A DNA stretch of 64,000 bases from an uncultured Actinomycetes bacterium (GCA_963760405.1 CAVXCV010000002.1:679413-743412), one strand, 5' to 3'. Counted from the first letter of the stretch, positions 1-10,466 are shown. A program made the numbers and translations. Notes: generated by a model not told the origin, from the sequence alone.

Positions 1-1400
1 ACTCAACGATCAGATCACCTATATCCACACGTCGAACCGGGCCGCGAATAGCCAGACCTGGGCGGCTTTGCGCTTGAGCCGCCGGGCCAGGACGAGTCCG
101 GGGTGTTTTCCCTTGTGCCAGCGGCGGGACAGGTTGACGGAGATCCCGGCCGCGATGGCCTGGTCGTAGCTGTGGCGCAGGCGGGCCAGGAGCGCGGGGC
201 CGAGGCTGGCGCGGTTGCCGGCGCGGGCGGTCCTGACGGCGGCGGCGGCCTCGCGCAGCGCGTCGCCGGCCTGCCGGGTCCACAGCTGGGATACCGGGTC
301 AATGGCGTAGGCATCATCGAGGTAGCGGTACAAGTGGGCGAGGCACTGCTGGACCCCGGCGAGCCCGGCGTCGTAGCTGAGGTAGCCGCCGTAGTCGTCG
401 CGGACCAGCACCCCGCGGTAGCCGTCCAGGATCCCGAAGCCGGTGATCGCCGCCTTCGTGCGGTTCCCCGCTGCGCCGTACCAGATCAGGTCCGGCCCGC
501 CGCCGGTATAGGCACGCATGGTCCGCGCCGTGTAGACGTGCGGGTTCCCGCAGCCGTCCGCGCTGGCAGCCGCGGTGGTAAGCGGGGCGGGGGTCTCGTC
601 GGTGCCCAGCACGTCCGCCGCCCGCAGCGCGTCCTTCAGCGCGTCTTCGAACCGGGCGGCGGTTAACGCCGCGTCCAGGCGGACCAGGCAGCGGGAGACG
701 AACCCGGTCGAGACCGGCACCTTGAACAAGGCGCCCATCAGGTCCGCGGCCCGCTCGATCCCGATCACGTCCGTGCTCGCCAGCAGCGTCGCCGCATCGG
801 TCACGCCCGGCCCGTAGCACGCCGGGCCGCCGGTCACGCCCGGCGGTGGCGGGGCGGTCGTGACGTGCCCGCACCCGCAGGTGCGGCGCATCATCTGGTA
901 CTCCGTCACCGTCAGCGCCGCCGGCGGGATATCGAAGACCTGCACGCTGAAGGCGGCCCGGCCGGGAGAGCCGGCCAGGCCCGCGGCGCACCCGCCGCAC
1001 GCCAGCGGTTCGATGACCAGGGTCTCATCCGGCTGGGCGACCCGCGCCAGGCCCGCGCCCGGATGGCCCTTCTGCCCGCCCTGGGACCGGCCCGGCCGCG
1101 CCCGCCGGCTGCCCGCCCCTGCCTTCGCCCTGGCCTCCGCCGCAGGACCGTCCTGGCTCGGCGGCTGCGAGGAATTCGAGGAATCCCGGCCGGCCTGCCG
1201 CCGCAGCGCCGCCACCTCGCCCCGCAGCGACTCGATCAGCGCGGCCTGCTCCGCCACCACCGCCAGCAGCTCCGCGACCCGGGCAGCCAGCTCCTCATAC
1301 GACGGCTGCTCCGGATGCGGCATCCCGGAACCAAACCATGATCACAAAGCGGACGCCAGCACCGACACGCCGCAGATCAACAAGGGGCCTGACTGGTTAC
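1..1400 (-). mobile_element. IS66-family insertion sequence, partial (single-ORF, ISBst12-like layout)
   Basis: Contains the transposase ORF 19-1323. The element end is inferred at nt 1400, where the minus-strand sequence starts GTAACCAGTCAGG (IS66-type GTAA terminus) and where the flanking integrase homology begins. The other end is not visible: the transposase ends abruptly near the window edge. Confidence 0.6.
19..1323 (-). CDS. IS66 family transposase (TnpC-like), probably 3'-truncated
   Basis: N-terminal coiled coil ([34 protein letters not shown]). Cys-cluster zinc finger (CGGC...CGCGH). Long DDE-type core typical of IS66 TnpC. No tnpA/tnpB upstream. Ends ...[10 protein letters not shown], where I recall relatives continuing. 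Confidence 0.8.
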   Translation of the reverse strand: MPHPEQPSYEELAARVAELLAVVAEQAALIESLRGEVAALRRQAGRDSSNSSQPPSQDGPAAEARAKAGAGSRRARPGRSQGGQKGHPGAGLARVAQPDETLVIEPLACGGCAAGLAGSPGRAAFSVQVFDIPPAALTVTEYQMMRRTCGCGHVTTAPPPPGVTGGPACYGPGVTDAATLLASTDVIGIERAADLMGALFKVPVSTGFVSRCLVRLDAALTAARFEDALKDALRAADVLGTDETPAPLTTAAASADGCGNPHVYTARTMRAYTGGGPDLIWYGAAGNRTKAAITGFGILDGYRGVLVRDDYGGYLSYDAGLAGVQQCLAHLYRYLDDAYAIDPVSQLWTRQAGDALREAAAAVRTARAGNRASLGPALLARLRHSYDQAIAAGISVNLSRRWHKGKHPGLVLARRLKRKAAQVWLFAARFDVWI

Positions 1401-2308
1401 CCTGCCAGGGCGTGAGGATTCCCACGGTGCCCGCCACACCGCGGACCATCATCACCCCGCAGCAGTTCGATGCGATCTACGCAGCACTGCCGGACGCGGA
1501 CGCCCAGCTTCTCGTCGAGACCGCTATTGAGAGCGGGCTCCGCTGGGGCGAGCTGGCCGAACTCCGGGTCAGGGATCTCGACATGACGACCCGGATGCTC
1601 ACCGTGAGCCGCAAGGTCATCGAACTCAACCGGGAGTTCCACCCTGACGGCAAGCGGTTTCTCGTCAAGCACTACCCCAAGGAGAAGGAGTACCGGCGGC
1701 TCAAGCTCAGCCCGCAGATCGCCGCGAAGCTCAAGGTTCACCTCAAGGCCCGAGGCCTCAGTCCGGATGCGCTTCTGTTCGCCCGGCGGACCGCTCCCCC
1801 AACGCCGCTCCGCGCTGTCACCGACCCCGAAGCTCTCGGGCTCACCGAGCCGAACGAAGCAGGCCGCCAATACCGGCACGGCACACTCAGCGCCTACAAC
1901 GCAGGAAGATGCCGCTGCTCGCACTGCCGCCGGGCATTCGCGGACTACCGCGCTGCTCGCCGTGCGGCGCATGGCGCTTCTCCCCGGCTGCAGCGGGCGG
2001 TACACGAGGACGAGCACATCGGGCGCAACTGGTTCCGGCGCATGGTCTGGCGACCGGCTTGTCAAGCCGCCGACTTGGTCAACATGCCACGTTTTCATGA
2101 CCTCCGGCATTCACATGCGTCGTGGCTGCTCGCTGGCGGAGCCGACTTGCAGGTCGTGAAGGAACGCCTCGGCCACGCTTCGATCATGACCACTCAGCGG
2201 TACCTGCACACGCTCCCCAGTGCCGACGATTCCGCGGTCGAGGCATTTAGCCGTATCCGTAATCGTGGCACGAAAGCCACCAACCGCACCCCGAAAAGGT
2301 CCGCGTAA
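1401..2308 (+). pseudogene. tyrosine recombinase/phage integrase, C-terminal catalytic fragment truncated by the IS
   Basis: Shows [27 protein letters not shown] and [14 protein letters not shown] (R...HxxR...Y signature). Homology starts right at the IS end. The track Met at 860 lies antisense inside the transposase and is not part of the gene. Confidence 0.75.
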
Positions 2309-2922
2309 CCCCGCACGCAGAAGGCGGCCCGCGGAGCTGAGGCCCGGGATGCAATCCGGCCACTCAACTCAGATGGCCAGGCTGCCAAGCGCGTCCCGTA
2401 CCCGGCGGAGGAGACCAAGATCGCTTGAGAGTTCGCCGTGAGATCCCTGGATGGAGGACGCGTGCTTTGGCAGAAACTGTTCTGTGATGGGGAGCGGCAC
2501 GGCAGAGACTGGAGCAGCGGGAATGGTGGCCGCAGCCCAAATGACCTTGCCACGCCACGGGGGGTTACAGGGATACCAGTCCCGGGCTCTGGCCATCGCG
2601 GCGGCGGCCTCTTCGTCCCGAACAGAGCATACGGCAAAAGCATCCGCTGACTTACGATGTCGGCGCAGGTCAGCCACATAGGTACGGCTCTGACTAGCGC
2701 GTCTGAGCGCTCCTACGCTCCCATCCTGCTCTCCAAGAGGGGACGCAGCCGGGACGCTTCAGAACTTGGATCGGACGTCGGCTCTGAACTTTCATGCGTC
2801 CACCCTGGTGCGCCCCCCTGCGCACGCTGCTCACTCTATGGCTGCTCGGCCATGCCGCTAGGCGGCAGCGGTCTTGCGGGTGGGAAGCCGGTGCCTGACC
2901 GGGCTGATGGCATCGGGCCGGG

Positions 2923-4076
2923 TCAGCCTGATGACCCGAACTGGATGGGGACGTTGATGGCCTGCGTGCTGGCCCATGTGCGGGCGCCCGGCGCGGCCTG
3001 CCAGATGGTGAGTTTGGTTCCGCGGGCGGCCAGGGCGTTCCATCCGCCTGCTGTGCCCGGCGCCAGCGTGGCTGTGCCTGGGGGCAGCGCGGGCAGCGGC
3101 TGCCACCTGGCCGCGGTGGCGGTGATGGTCTGTGCGTGGCTGCTGTTCAAGACGATCGCCATGGTGCCGTCTGGCCCGGGCGATGCTGATGTCAGCGTGG
3201 CGCCGGTCAGCCGCAGCGCGGGTGACAGGGTCCAGTGCGCGCCATCGTCGCGGGACCAGGCGGCCATCAGGCGTGCTGCTGGCCCGGTTCCGGCTGCCAG
3301 CAGCGCCGTGGTGATGCTGGTGGTGGTGGTGAGGCGGAGCACGGTGATGGCCTGGTGCGCGTAGGCGGCGGGCAGCGGCGGCCCGGCGGGGTGCCATTTC
3401 CCGCTGGCGTAGGCGAAGATCCCGGCGGTCCCGGGGCGGGCGCAGCTGGCTGCCAGCAGGGGTTCCCCGGAGGAGGTGAACGCAGCCGCGGTGAGGCTGC
3501 TCAGCCCGCATCGGGTGCCTGCGGCGGTCGTGGCGAGTTCCTGGTGGGTGGCCAGCCGGGTCCAGGACACCGCGCCGGGGCCCGACAGTTCGGTGGTGCC
3601 GTCGGTGAGCAGCGCGAGCAGGCGCCCGCTGCCCGGGCGGCGGCTAGGGCGTCAGGGACATCGGCCAGGCCGGCATCGAGCAGGCCGGGTGACCAGGTGG
3701 TGCCGTCGTCATGGGTGGTGGCAAGGGGGGAGTAGGACAGGTCCTGGCTGGGCCGGAACCCGGCGAGTACCGCCCCGGAGGCCAGGCCGGCCAGGATCAG
3801 GCCGCCGTTGCTGGCCACTCCCGGCGGGGTCGCCAGCCGCCACTTGCCGGTCGTGGTTGGGCGGACGAACAGCTGCCAGAAGTTGTTGTGGCTGGCCGCT
3901 GACCCGCCCATCACCGCGGCTGCCCATGTCCCATCGGCGGTGACCAGTGAGGTGGCCAGGGACGGCGGCGTGGTCGTGCTGGGCGGGGTGGCGGCCTGGC
4001 GGGCTGTGCTGCCGCAGCCCGCGGTCACGACGGTCCCCGCCAGCAGCAGGGAGGCCAGGGCGGCGCGGCGGCTCAT
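2923..4076 (-). pseudogene. secreted lipoprotein with BNR/Asp-box beta-propeller-like repeats, frameshifted
   Basis: Lipoprotein signal MSRRAALASLLLAGTVVTAGC at 4076. Asp-box-like motifs HDDGTTWS, TDGTT and DDGAHWT. The reading frame switches between 3501-4076 and 2923-3570, with the indel inferred near 3630-3645 in a GCCGCCGCCCGGGC stretch. The start overlaps the stop of the upstream gene (ATGA). Confidence 0.6.
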
Positions 4077-5917
4077 GACGACCTCAGCGCGTGCCGGGCG
4101 GCACCGGCGAGCAGAACCGCGAACGAGGATTTGGTGGCTGTGGTCCCGGGCCCGGGATCGGTACTGAGTTCCTCGCGGACCCGCCCGGCCTGGTCGATGA
4201 CGTAGGCGATATCGGGGTGGCCGATCATGGATCCTGCGGGCAGGATCTGTGCGGCGATTCCGTAGTCCTTCCACACCTGCTGGAGCTGGGACAGGCTGCC
4301 GGTGAGGTAGAGCCAGTCCGGTACCTGGGTCAGGTGTTCCTGCCGGTCGAACGCCTGCGTGTAGGCGACGTCGTGGTAGATAGGGTTGGCGACGACCGCG
4401 ACCAGCTCGACGTGGCGTGCGGCGGCGCCGAGGAGCTGGCCTGCGTCGCGGAATTCCTGGGCGATCAGCGGGCAGTCGGTGGTGCACACCGGGTCCAGGA
4501 AGGTCAGCAGCACCACCTTGCCGCGCAGGCTGGCCAGGCTCACCGCCCGGCCGTGCTGGTCGGTGAGCTGGAAGGCCTTGGCGGGGAAGTTCAGCGGCGC
4601 GGACGACCCGGCGATGGCCTCGGCCAGGATCGGGTCGGCGTTCGGGCTGGCCTGGGCGGCGGCCATCGGGGCGGCACCGAGGATGATCAGCCCGAGCGCA
4701 CCAGCGGCGGCGACCGTGCGGATGCCCGCTGTGGCCACCGCCTGGCGCACGGACTCTGGCCGGGCCCGGTCCCGCCAGCCCGCCGCCTGCCGCGCCGGGC
4801 TGGCCGCTTCCGGCGCCGCCGCAGGCCCGGGCGTCAGGGCGAGATAGCCGCTGATGGCCAGGAGGGCGAACGGGATCATGCTGTTCGGGTCGGTGCCCAG
4901 GCCACCGAAGAACCCGAAGTCCTCGATCAGTACCCAGTCGGCCAGGCACAGCACGGCGAAGGCGATGACCGCCGGGCGGATCAGCCGCCGCCGTCCGCTC
5001 AGGAACGCGGCGGCGATCACCGCGAGCGCCACCACGACGAACAGGTTGACGGCGAATCCGTGCGCCTCATCGAAGACGGTGAAGGCATTGACCCAGGCGG
5101 ACACGAAGCCGGGCTGGGATGTCTGCGACATTGTGCTGGTCATGCCGGCCAGGGTGCCCGGCTGCCCGTGGGTGCCGCCCTGCCAGAACCCGCGCCCAGG
5201 CCAGGCCTGCAGGACCGCCATCCCGGCCAGGAACAGGCCCAGGCCGGCGAGGACCGCCCGGCCGAGCCGGGGGCTGCGCCACGCACGCTCGGGCAGCGCG
5301 ATCAGCCCGCCCGCCACCGCGTAGATCAGCACCGCGCCGGGAGCGCCGAACAGCCAGGTCAGGCCGGGGGCGAAGATCCCGCCGAACGACTCACCGAACA
5401 CCCATACCACCAGCCCCCACCCGGCGCTGGCCAGCCCGGCGAGCCGGGACAGCCGGCCGCCGGAGGATACGAGCAACCACAGGCCGATCCCGGCCTGGAT
5501 CCACACCGCGGACGCCCCGGCCTGCATCGGGTGATACGACCAGGTGGTCCCGGCCCAGTTCACTACCTGCTGCACCCAGTGCGGTGAACTCGCCGCGGTG
5601 GGCTCGATGACCTGCGACGGCAGGCCGATCGCCATCTTCGGCTGGGCTTGCAGGATCCCGTCGAAGACCCACAGCAGGCCGAACCCGATCCGCAGCAGCT
5701 GCCGCCAGGACGGCTCGGGCAGCGCGGCCGCGTCACCGGTCGCTGCCGGGCCGCCAGCCGGGGCTGCTGCGGGCAGCCACGCCCGGACGGTGATCCAGGC
5801 GAACCCGAGCAGGAAGAAGATCAGCAGCGCGATGATCCCCTGGTGCAGCAGCGCGGACATGAACGCCGCGACCACGGTGGGGTCGTTGACGTTGATCCCC
5901 GAGTTCATCCCAGACAT
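4073..5917 (-). CDS. polytopic membrane domain fused to a C-terminal SCO1/SenC-type thioredoxin-fold copper chaperone
   Basis: About 400 aa of hydrophobic helices, then GKVVLLTFLDPVCTTDCPLIAQEF (CxxxC) and a downstream conserved His (MIGHPDIAYVID), typical of SCO proteins. The start ATG shares its A with the ATPase stop (TGATG). Confidence 0.8.
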   Translation of the reverse strand: MSGMNSGINVNDPTVVAAFMSALLHQGIIALLIFFLLGFAWITVRAWLPAAAPAGGPAATGDAAALPEPSWRQLLRIGFGLLWVFDGILQAQPKMAIGLPSQVIEPTAASSPHWVQQVVNWAGTTWSYHPMQAGASAVWIQAGIGLWLLVSSGGRLSRLAGLASAGWGLVVWVFGESFGGIFAPGLTWLFGAPGAVLIYAVAGGLIALPERAWRSPRLGRAVLAGLGLFLAGMAVLQAWPGRGFWQGGTHGQPGTLAGMTSTMSQTSQPGFVSAWVNAFTVFDEAHGFAVNLFVVVALAVIAAAFLSGRRRLIRPAVIAFAVLCLADWVLIEDFGFFGGLGTDPNSMIPFALLAISGYLALTPGPAAAPEAASPARQAAGWRDRARPESVRQAVATAGIRTVAAAGALGLIILGAAPMAAAQASPNADPILAEAIAGSSAPLNFPAKAFQLTDQHGRAVSLASLRGKVVLLTFLDPVCTTDCPLIAQEFRDAGQLLGAAARHVELVAVVANPIYHDVAYTQAFDRQEHLTQVPDWLYLTGSLSQLQQVWKDYGIAAQILPAGSMIGHPDIAYVIDQAGRVREELSTDPGPGTTATKSSFAVLLAGAARHALRSS

Positions 5918-8340
5918 CAGGCCACCTGCTCCTGCGAGTGCGATCCGGCTGGCTCGGCTGATCCGGCTGGCCCGGGGCCGTCTGCGGGAACGCCGGACGG
6001 TCCCGGCCCGGCGTGCCCCTGGCGGGGACGGCGCGGCCGTGGCCAGTCCCGGCGGCCCGCCGGGGCGCCGAAGTGGCGCAGCCGCACGCTGTTGCCCACC
6101 ACGAACGCTGAGGATGCCGCCATCGCCGCCCCGGCGATCAGCGGGTTGAGGAACCCGGCGGCGGCCAGCGGGATGGCCGCGATGTTGTACCCGAACGCCC
6201 AGGCCAGGTTGCCCCGGATCACCGCCAGGGTGGCGCGGGCCAGGGCGATCGCGTCCGGCACGGCGCTGAGATCATCGCGCAGCACGATCAGGTCCGCGGC
6301 GCTGATCGCCACGTCGGTACCCGTGCCCAGGGCCAGCCCCAGGTCAGCCGCGGCCAGGGCAGGCCCGTCGTTCATCCCGTCCCCGACCATGGCCACCCGC
6401 CGGCCGTGAGCCTGCAGGTCCCGGATGACGGCGACCTTATGATCGGGCAGCGCCCCGGCGATCACCTCATCGATGCCTGCCTGGGCGGCGACCGCCTGCG
6501 CGGTGGCCTGGCTGTCACCGGTGAGCAGCACCGTGCGCAGGCCCAGCCGCCGCAGCTGCGCGACCGCCACGGCGGCCGATGGCTTGACCGTGTCGGCGAC
6601 CGCGACCGCGCCGCGTACCTGCCCATCCCACCCCGCCAGCACCACGGTGGCGCCGGACCGCTCCCACTCGCGGCACGCGCTGGCCAGCTCCGCCGGGATG
6701 GGCATCCCCAGATGCGCGAACAGGTCCTCGCGGCCGATGATCACCTCGTGGCCGGCCACGGACCCGCGTGCGCCCAGGCCGGGCATGGCCAGGAACCTGG
6801 CCGCCTGCGGCAGCGCCCCCAGTTCCTCGTGCGCCGTAGCGCTGATGGCCGCGGCCACGGGATGCTCTGATGCTTGCTCCACCGCTCCGGCGTGCCGGAG
6901 CACGTCCTCGCGGCTGGTGCCGACTGCCGGCTGGACGGCGGTCACCGCCATCACTCCGGTGGTGACCGTCCCGGTCTTGTCCAGCACCATGACATCCACC
7001 GCCCGGGAGGACTCCAGGGCCTCGTATCGCGTGATGAAGATCCCCAGCTGCGCGCCCCGCCCGCACGCCACCATCAGCGCCGCCGGGGTCGCCAGGCCCA
7101 GCGCGCACGGGCACGCGATGATCAAGACCGCCAGCGCCGCGCTGAACGCCTGCTCAGCCGGGCTGCCCGCCAGCAGCCACCCGGCCAGCGTCAGGCCTGA
7201 GGCGGCGAGCACCGCGGGAACGAACACGCCGCAGATCCGGTCAGCGAGCCGCTGGATAGCCGCTTTCTGCGACTGGGCCTGCTCGACCAGGGTGACCAGA
7301 TGCGCCAGCTGCGTGTCGGAGCCTACTTTGACCGCGCGCACCACCAGCCGCCCGGCCAGCACTACCGTGCCCGCGGCCACCAGGTCACCCTCACCGGCGT
7401 CGGCCGGGACGGATTCCCCGGTCATCATGGCGCGGTCCACCGCGGACTGCCCGAATTCGACCTCCCCGTCCGCGGCGATCCGCTCCCCCGGGCGCACCAC
7501 GAACCGCTGTCCCGCGCGCAGCTCCGCGACCGGGATCCGGCGCTCGGTCCCATCACCGTCCAGGACGCACGCGTCGCTCGCACCTGCCGCGGCCAGTTCC
7601 CGCATCGCATCCCCGGCATCGCGCCGGGCCCGGGCCTCAAACCACCGGCCCGCCAGCAGGAACGTTGTCACCGACGCGGCGACCTCCAGGTAGATACCGC
7701 CGCCGGAGGCATGCAGCAGCAGATACGGCAGCCTCATCCCCGCCTGGCCGCGGTCCAGGACGAACATCGCGTACACCGACCAGCCGCACGCCGCGGTGAT
7801 GCCCAGCGACACCAGCGTGTCCATCGACACTGAGCCGTGCCGGGCACCCCGCAGCGCCGCGGCATGGAACGGCCACGCTGACCACACCACCACCGGCGCC
7901 GCAGCCCCGATCAGGACCCACTGCCAGCCGGGGAACCGGGCCCACGGGAACAGCGACAGCAGCACAGAAAGGTCGCTGAGCGGGATGAAGAACACCAGAG
8001 CCACGATCAGCCGGTTCCGCAGATACGCGACACGAGCCGCATCCGCCCCGCCCGCCTCAGCCAGGTCATCGCCGGCTGCCTGGCCCGCGCCGCGACCGGG
8101 CACCTCGGCGCTGTAACCCGCCTGCTGCACCGCCTCGATGAGACGCTGCACGGGAACCGGCGCGGGAGCGGTGACAATGGCGCGCCCGGTCGCGAAATTC
8201 ACCGTCGCTGAGACGCCGTCAATGGCGTTGAGGTTCCTCTCGACCCGGGCCGCGCACGCCGCGCAGGTCATCCCGGTGACCGGGAACCCGACCTCTCCGG
8301 ACACCGAGGATGCCGCACCAGTGACTGCCGCAGATGACAC
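5917..8340 (-). CDS. heavy-metal (Cu+-type) translocating P1B-type ATPase
   Basis: N-terminal HMA domain GMTCAACAARVE. CPC in IIACPCALGLATP. Phosphorylation site DKTGTVT. SEHP and GDGMNDGPALAAADLG motifs. Carries a roughly 50-aa Pro/Gly-rich C-terminal tail. Confidence 0.92.
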   Translation of the reverse strand: MSSAAVTGAASSVSGEVGFPVTGMTCAACAARVERNLNAIDGVSATVNFATGRAIVTAPAPVPVQRLIEAVQQAGYSAEVPGRGAGQAAGDDLAEAGGADAARVAYLRNRLIVALVFFIPLSDLSVLLSLFPWARFPGWQWVLIGAAAPVVVWSAWPFHAAALRGARHGSVSMDTLVSLGITAACGWSVYAMFVLDRGQAGMRLPYLLLHASGGGIYLEVAASVTTFLLAGRWFEARARRDAGDAMRELAAAGASDACVLDGDGTERRIPVAELRAGQRFVVRPGERIAADGEVEFGQSAVDRAMMTGESVPADAGEGDLVAAGTVVLAGRLVVRAVKVGSDTQLAHLVTLVEQAQSQKAAIQRLADRICGVFVPAVLAASGLTLAGWLLAGSPAEQAFSAALAVLIIACPCALGLATPAALMVACGRGAQLGIFITRYEALESSRAVDVMVLDKTGTVTTGVMAVTAVQPAVGTSREDVLRHAGAVEQASEHPVAAAISATAHEELGALPQAARFLAMPGLGARGSVAGHEVIIGREDLFAHLGMPIPAELASACREWERSGATVVLAGWDGQVRGAVAVADTVKPSAAVAVAQLRRLGLRTVLLTGDSQATAQAVAAQAGIDEVIAGALPDHKVAVIRDLQAHGRRVAMVGDGMNDGPALAAADLGLALGTGTDVAISAADLIVLRDDLSAVPDAIALARATLAVIRGNLAWAFGYNIAAIPLAAAGFLNPLIAGAAMAASSAFVVGNSVRLRHFGAPAGRRDWPRPRRPRQGHAGPGPSGVPADGPGPAGSAEPAGSHSQEQVA

Positions 8341-8689
8341 CTAGCGCCTGCCTTCCCGCCAGAATCCGGCCAGCCATCCGCAGGCCACCGCCGGCCCCGC
8401 ACCGGGGACGCACGGTAGGCGGACCTGCTGCTGACAGCGGCAAAGCAACGCGTGGTGCCGCCGTACCCGGGAATCTACACAGCGCTGAAAGTCATCCGCA
8501 ACACAATGCGGCCCGGCGGATGACCATTATTCTGGCCTGCTATACCCCGGCCCGGTTCCCCGCATACCGTCCCGGGGTTTACGTAATACCCCGGAGGGGT
8601 TTCCTGAATGCCATAGACGCGATCCCGGCAATACTCTCGCTTGCGCGTCCCTTCGGTGGCCCATTACCCTCGAGGAGTCATGCGCCGAC

Positions 8690-9511
8690 ATGAAACTCCG
8701 GCTCCGCCCCGCGGCTTCTGGGAACATTTCCCCGGGGCCGCCACCGCGCGCCCCGGGTACACGCTGCCAGGGGGATGCTGACGTGGCCGGGCCTTCCTGG
8801 CTCGCGGGAGCCTTCGCGGCCGTCATGATCCTCACCGCCGCCTACTCCGCCAGCCGCCTGGCTATGTCCCGGCTGCGGGGGCTGGCAGCGGAGTCCGACG
8901 CCGACGGGCTGCATGCCGTCATGGGCGCCGCGATGGCAGGCATGCTCGTGCCACGGCTGAACCTGCTACCCGGCAGGGTATGGGCGGTGGTGTTCGCGTT
9001 TGCGGCGGCGTGGTTCGCCGGGCGCGCCATCCGCGGCCGGGCCGCGCGCACGCCCAGCTGGCAGTGCCGCTTCCCGGTCCCGCACCTGATCGAATGCGCC
9101 GCCATGCTCTACATGCTCCTGCCCGCCCGCGGCGCGCAGCATGGGACGGGAATGGCGATGCCCGGCATGGGCGCATCCCCCGGCCTGCCGGCAAGCTTCC
9201 CGGCCCTCGCCGTCGTCCTGGCCATGTTCATGATCGGCTACGTCATGTGGACCACCGACCAGCTGGCCTCCCTGGCCCGGGCCAAAACCACCGCGCCAGC
9301 CCCGGCCACCACCCCGCAACGCCTGACACTGGTCACCGTCCCAGCGGCCGGCCGCCCCGCAGACGCGGCTGGCACCGAGGGCACGCCAGGCGCAGCGGGG
9401 ACCCGGCCCCAGCACCCCGCCGGCACGCCGGTTCTCGCCCCCCGGCTCGCGATGTTCGGCAAGCTCGCCATGGGCATCACCATGGGCTACATGCTCATCC
9501 TCATGCTCTAG
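8690..9511 (+). CDS. DUF5134-like membrane protein (copper-island associated)
   Basis: Multi-helix membrane protein rich in Met/His (HAVMGAAMAGM, GTGMAMPGMG, MGITMGYMLILML). Divergent from the ATPase. A more likely start is the GTG at 8783, preceded by GGGGGA. Confidence 0.7.
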   Translation: MKLRLRPAASGNISPGPPPRAPGTRCQGDADVAGPSWLAGAFAAVMILTAAYSASRLAMSRLRGLAAESDADGLHAVMGAAMAGMLVPRLNLLPGRVWAVVFAFAAAWFAGRAIRGRAARTPSWQCRFPVPHLIECAAMLYMLLPARGAQHGTGMAMPGMGASPGLPASFPALAVVLAMFMIGYVMWTTDQLASLARAKTTAPAPATTPQRLTLVTVPAAGRPADAAGTEGTPGAAGTRPQHPAGTPVLAPRLAMFGKLAMGITMGYMLILML

Positions 9512-9533
9512 CCCCGCTCAGCGGCGGACCCGG

Positions 9534-10466
9534 CTAGCTGCCGGGCGCCATGCCGTGCAGGACCTGATTGATGGCCGTGATGATCACCTGCGCTGAGCCA
9601 TCGATCGCCTTGGCCACCGGGCTGGCGGGATTCCCGAGCCGGGCGGCGATCTGGGCGGAGGACAGGCCAGCCAGCACCTGCGGGCTGTACTGCGCACCCG
9701 CCAGGATGTCGTGGTTGGCGATGTCGAGGAACGGGACGGCCCCGGACTGGTCAGCGCTGTTCACATAGGGCGGCACGTCGTAGGTGCCGACCAGCTGGGT
9801 GTCCAGCGGGGTCTGCGGCTGGAGGGGATGGCCGAGGTTGTCGGTCAATTCGGTGGTGCGCAGGGTGAGGTCCCGGCTGCTGTAGCGCGCGGCGCGGAAG
9901 GAGAACGTGGCCGTGCCCGGGTAGACGTCGGTGGCCGAGGACGTGGTGGAGCCGAGATGGCTCCAGTGGCCGAAATGGGCCAGCGCGACGACCAGCGGCC
10001 AGCGCTCGGCCGCGCAGAACGGGCAGGACTCTTCGCTGACGAACACAATGGCTGGCTTGCCGCCGATGGTCAGCGGCGGGGCAGCCGGCTGGATGGCATG
10101 CAGCGAGGTGACCGCGCGGCCCGGGCTTATCCCGGCCAGCACCGCAGCAGGAACGGTAGTGACCTGGCTGACCACACTGGAGCGCGCGGGTGATTCGCTG
10201 GCGACCGCCCCGGCGGAGGTCAGCTTGATCACGACCAGCGCCACGATGATGCCCAGGACGGCGGTGACCGACGCGATCGCCAGGAAGAACCGCCGCCTCG
10301 CCTCAGCGCGTTTGGCCGCGGCCCGCTCAGCCGCGATCCGCTCCCGGGCCCGCAGCGAGGCCGGCCGGGCGCGCCTGCTGGGTCGCCTGCCCTCCGCATG
10401 ACCGTGACGGGTCTTTGCCACCTGCCGTCCCTCCGCCGGTTGCGCAACACTGGGCCCGGCCGCCAT
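9534..10466 (-). CDS. DUF929 family thioredoxin-like membrane-anchored protein (paralog 1)
   Basis: Basic N-terminus, single TM helix and a CPFC motif in IVFVSEESCPFCAAERWPLVVAL. Start taken at the ATG at 10466 (MAAGPSV). The longer track ORF to 11051 overlaps the next gene. Confidence 0.8.
   Translation of the reverse strand: MAAGPSVAQPAEGRQVAKTRHGHAEGRRPSRRARPASLRARERIAAERAAAKRAEARRRFFLAIASVTAVLGIIVALVVIKLTSAGAVASESPARSSVVSQVTTVPAAVLAGISPGRAVTSLHAIQPAAPPLTIGGKPAIVFVSEESCPFCAAERWPLVVALAHFGHWSHLGSTTSSATDVYPGTATFSFRAARYSSRDLTLRTTELTDNLGHPLQPQTPLDTQLVGTYDVPPYVNSADQSGAVPFLDIANHDILAGAQYSPQVLAGLSSAQIAARLGNPASPVAKAIDGSAQVIITAINQVLHGMAPGS

Noticed and set aside
860-1400. N-terminal 180 aa of the 482-aa track ORF (860-2308)
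   Set aside because: This part is antisense to the IS66 transposase and shows no integrase similarity. The real integrase homology starts at the IS boundary (~1401).
2369-2677. 102-aa minus-strand ORF downstream of the integrase fragment
   Set aside because: There are no recognisable motifs, and its third-position GC is clearly below that of real genes here. It could be a foreign gene remnant, but I cannot support it.
4077-4949. Upstream part of the 482-aa track ORF 3501-4949
   Set aside because: It overlaps the SCO-fusion gene in another frame and is Arg/Pro-rich. The lipoprotein signal peptide begins at the internal Met at 4076.
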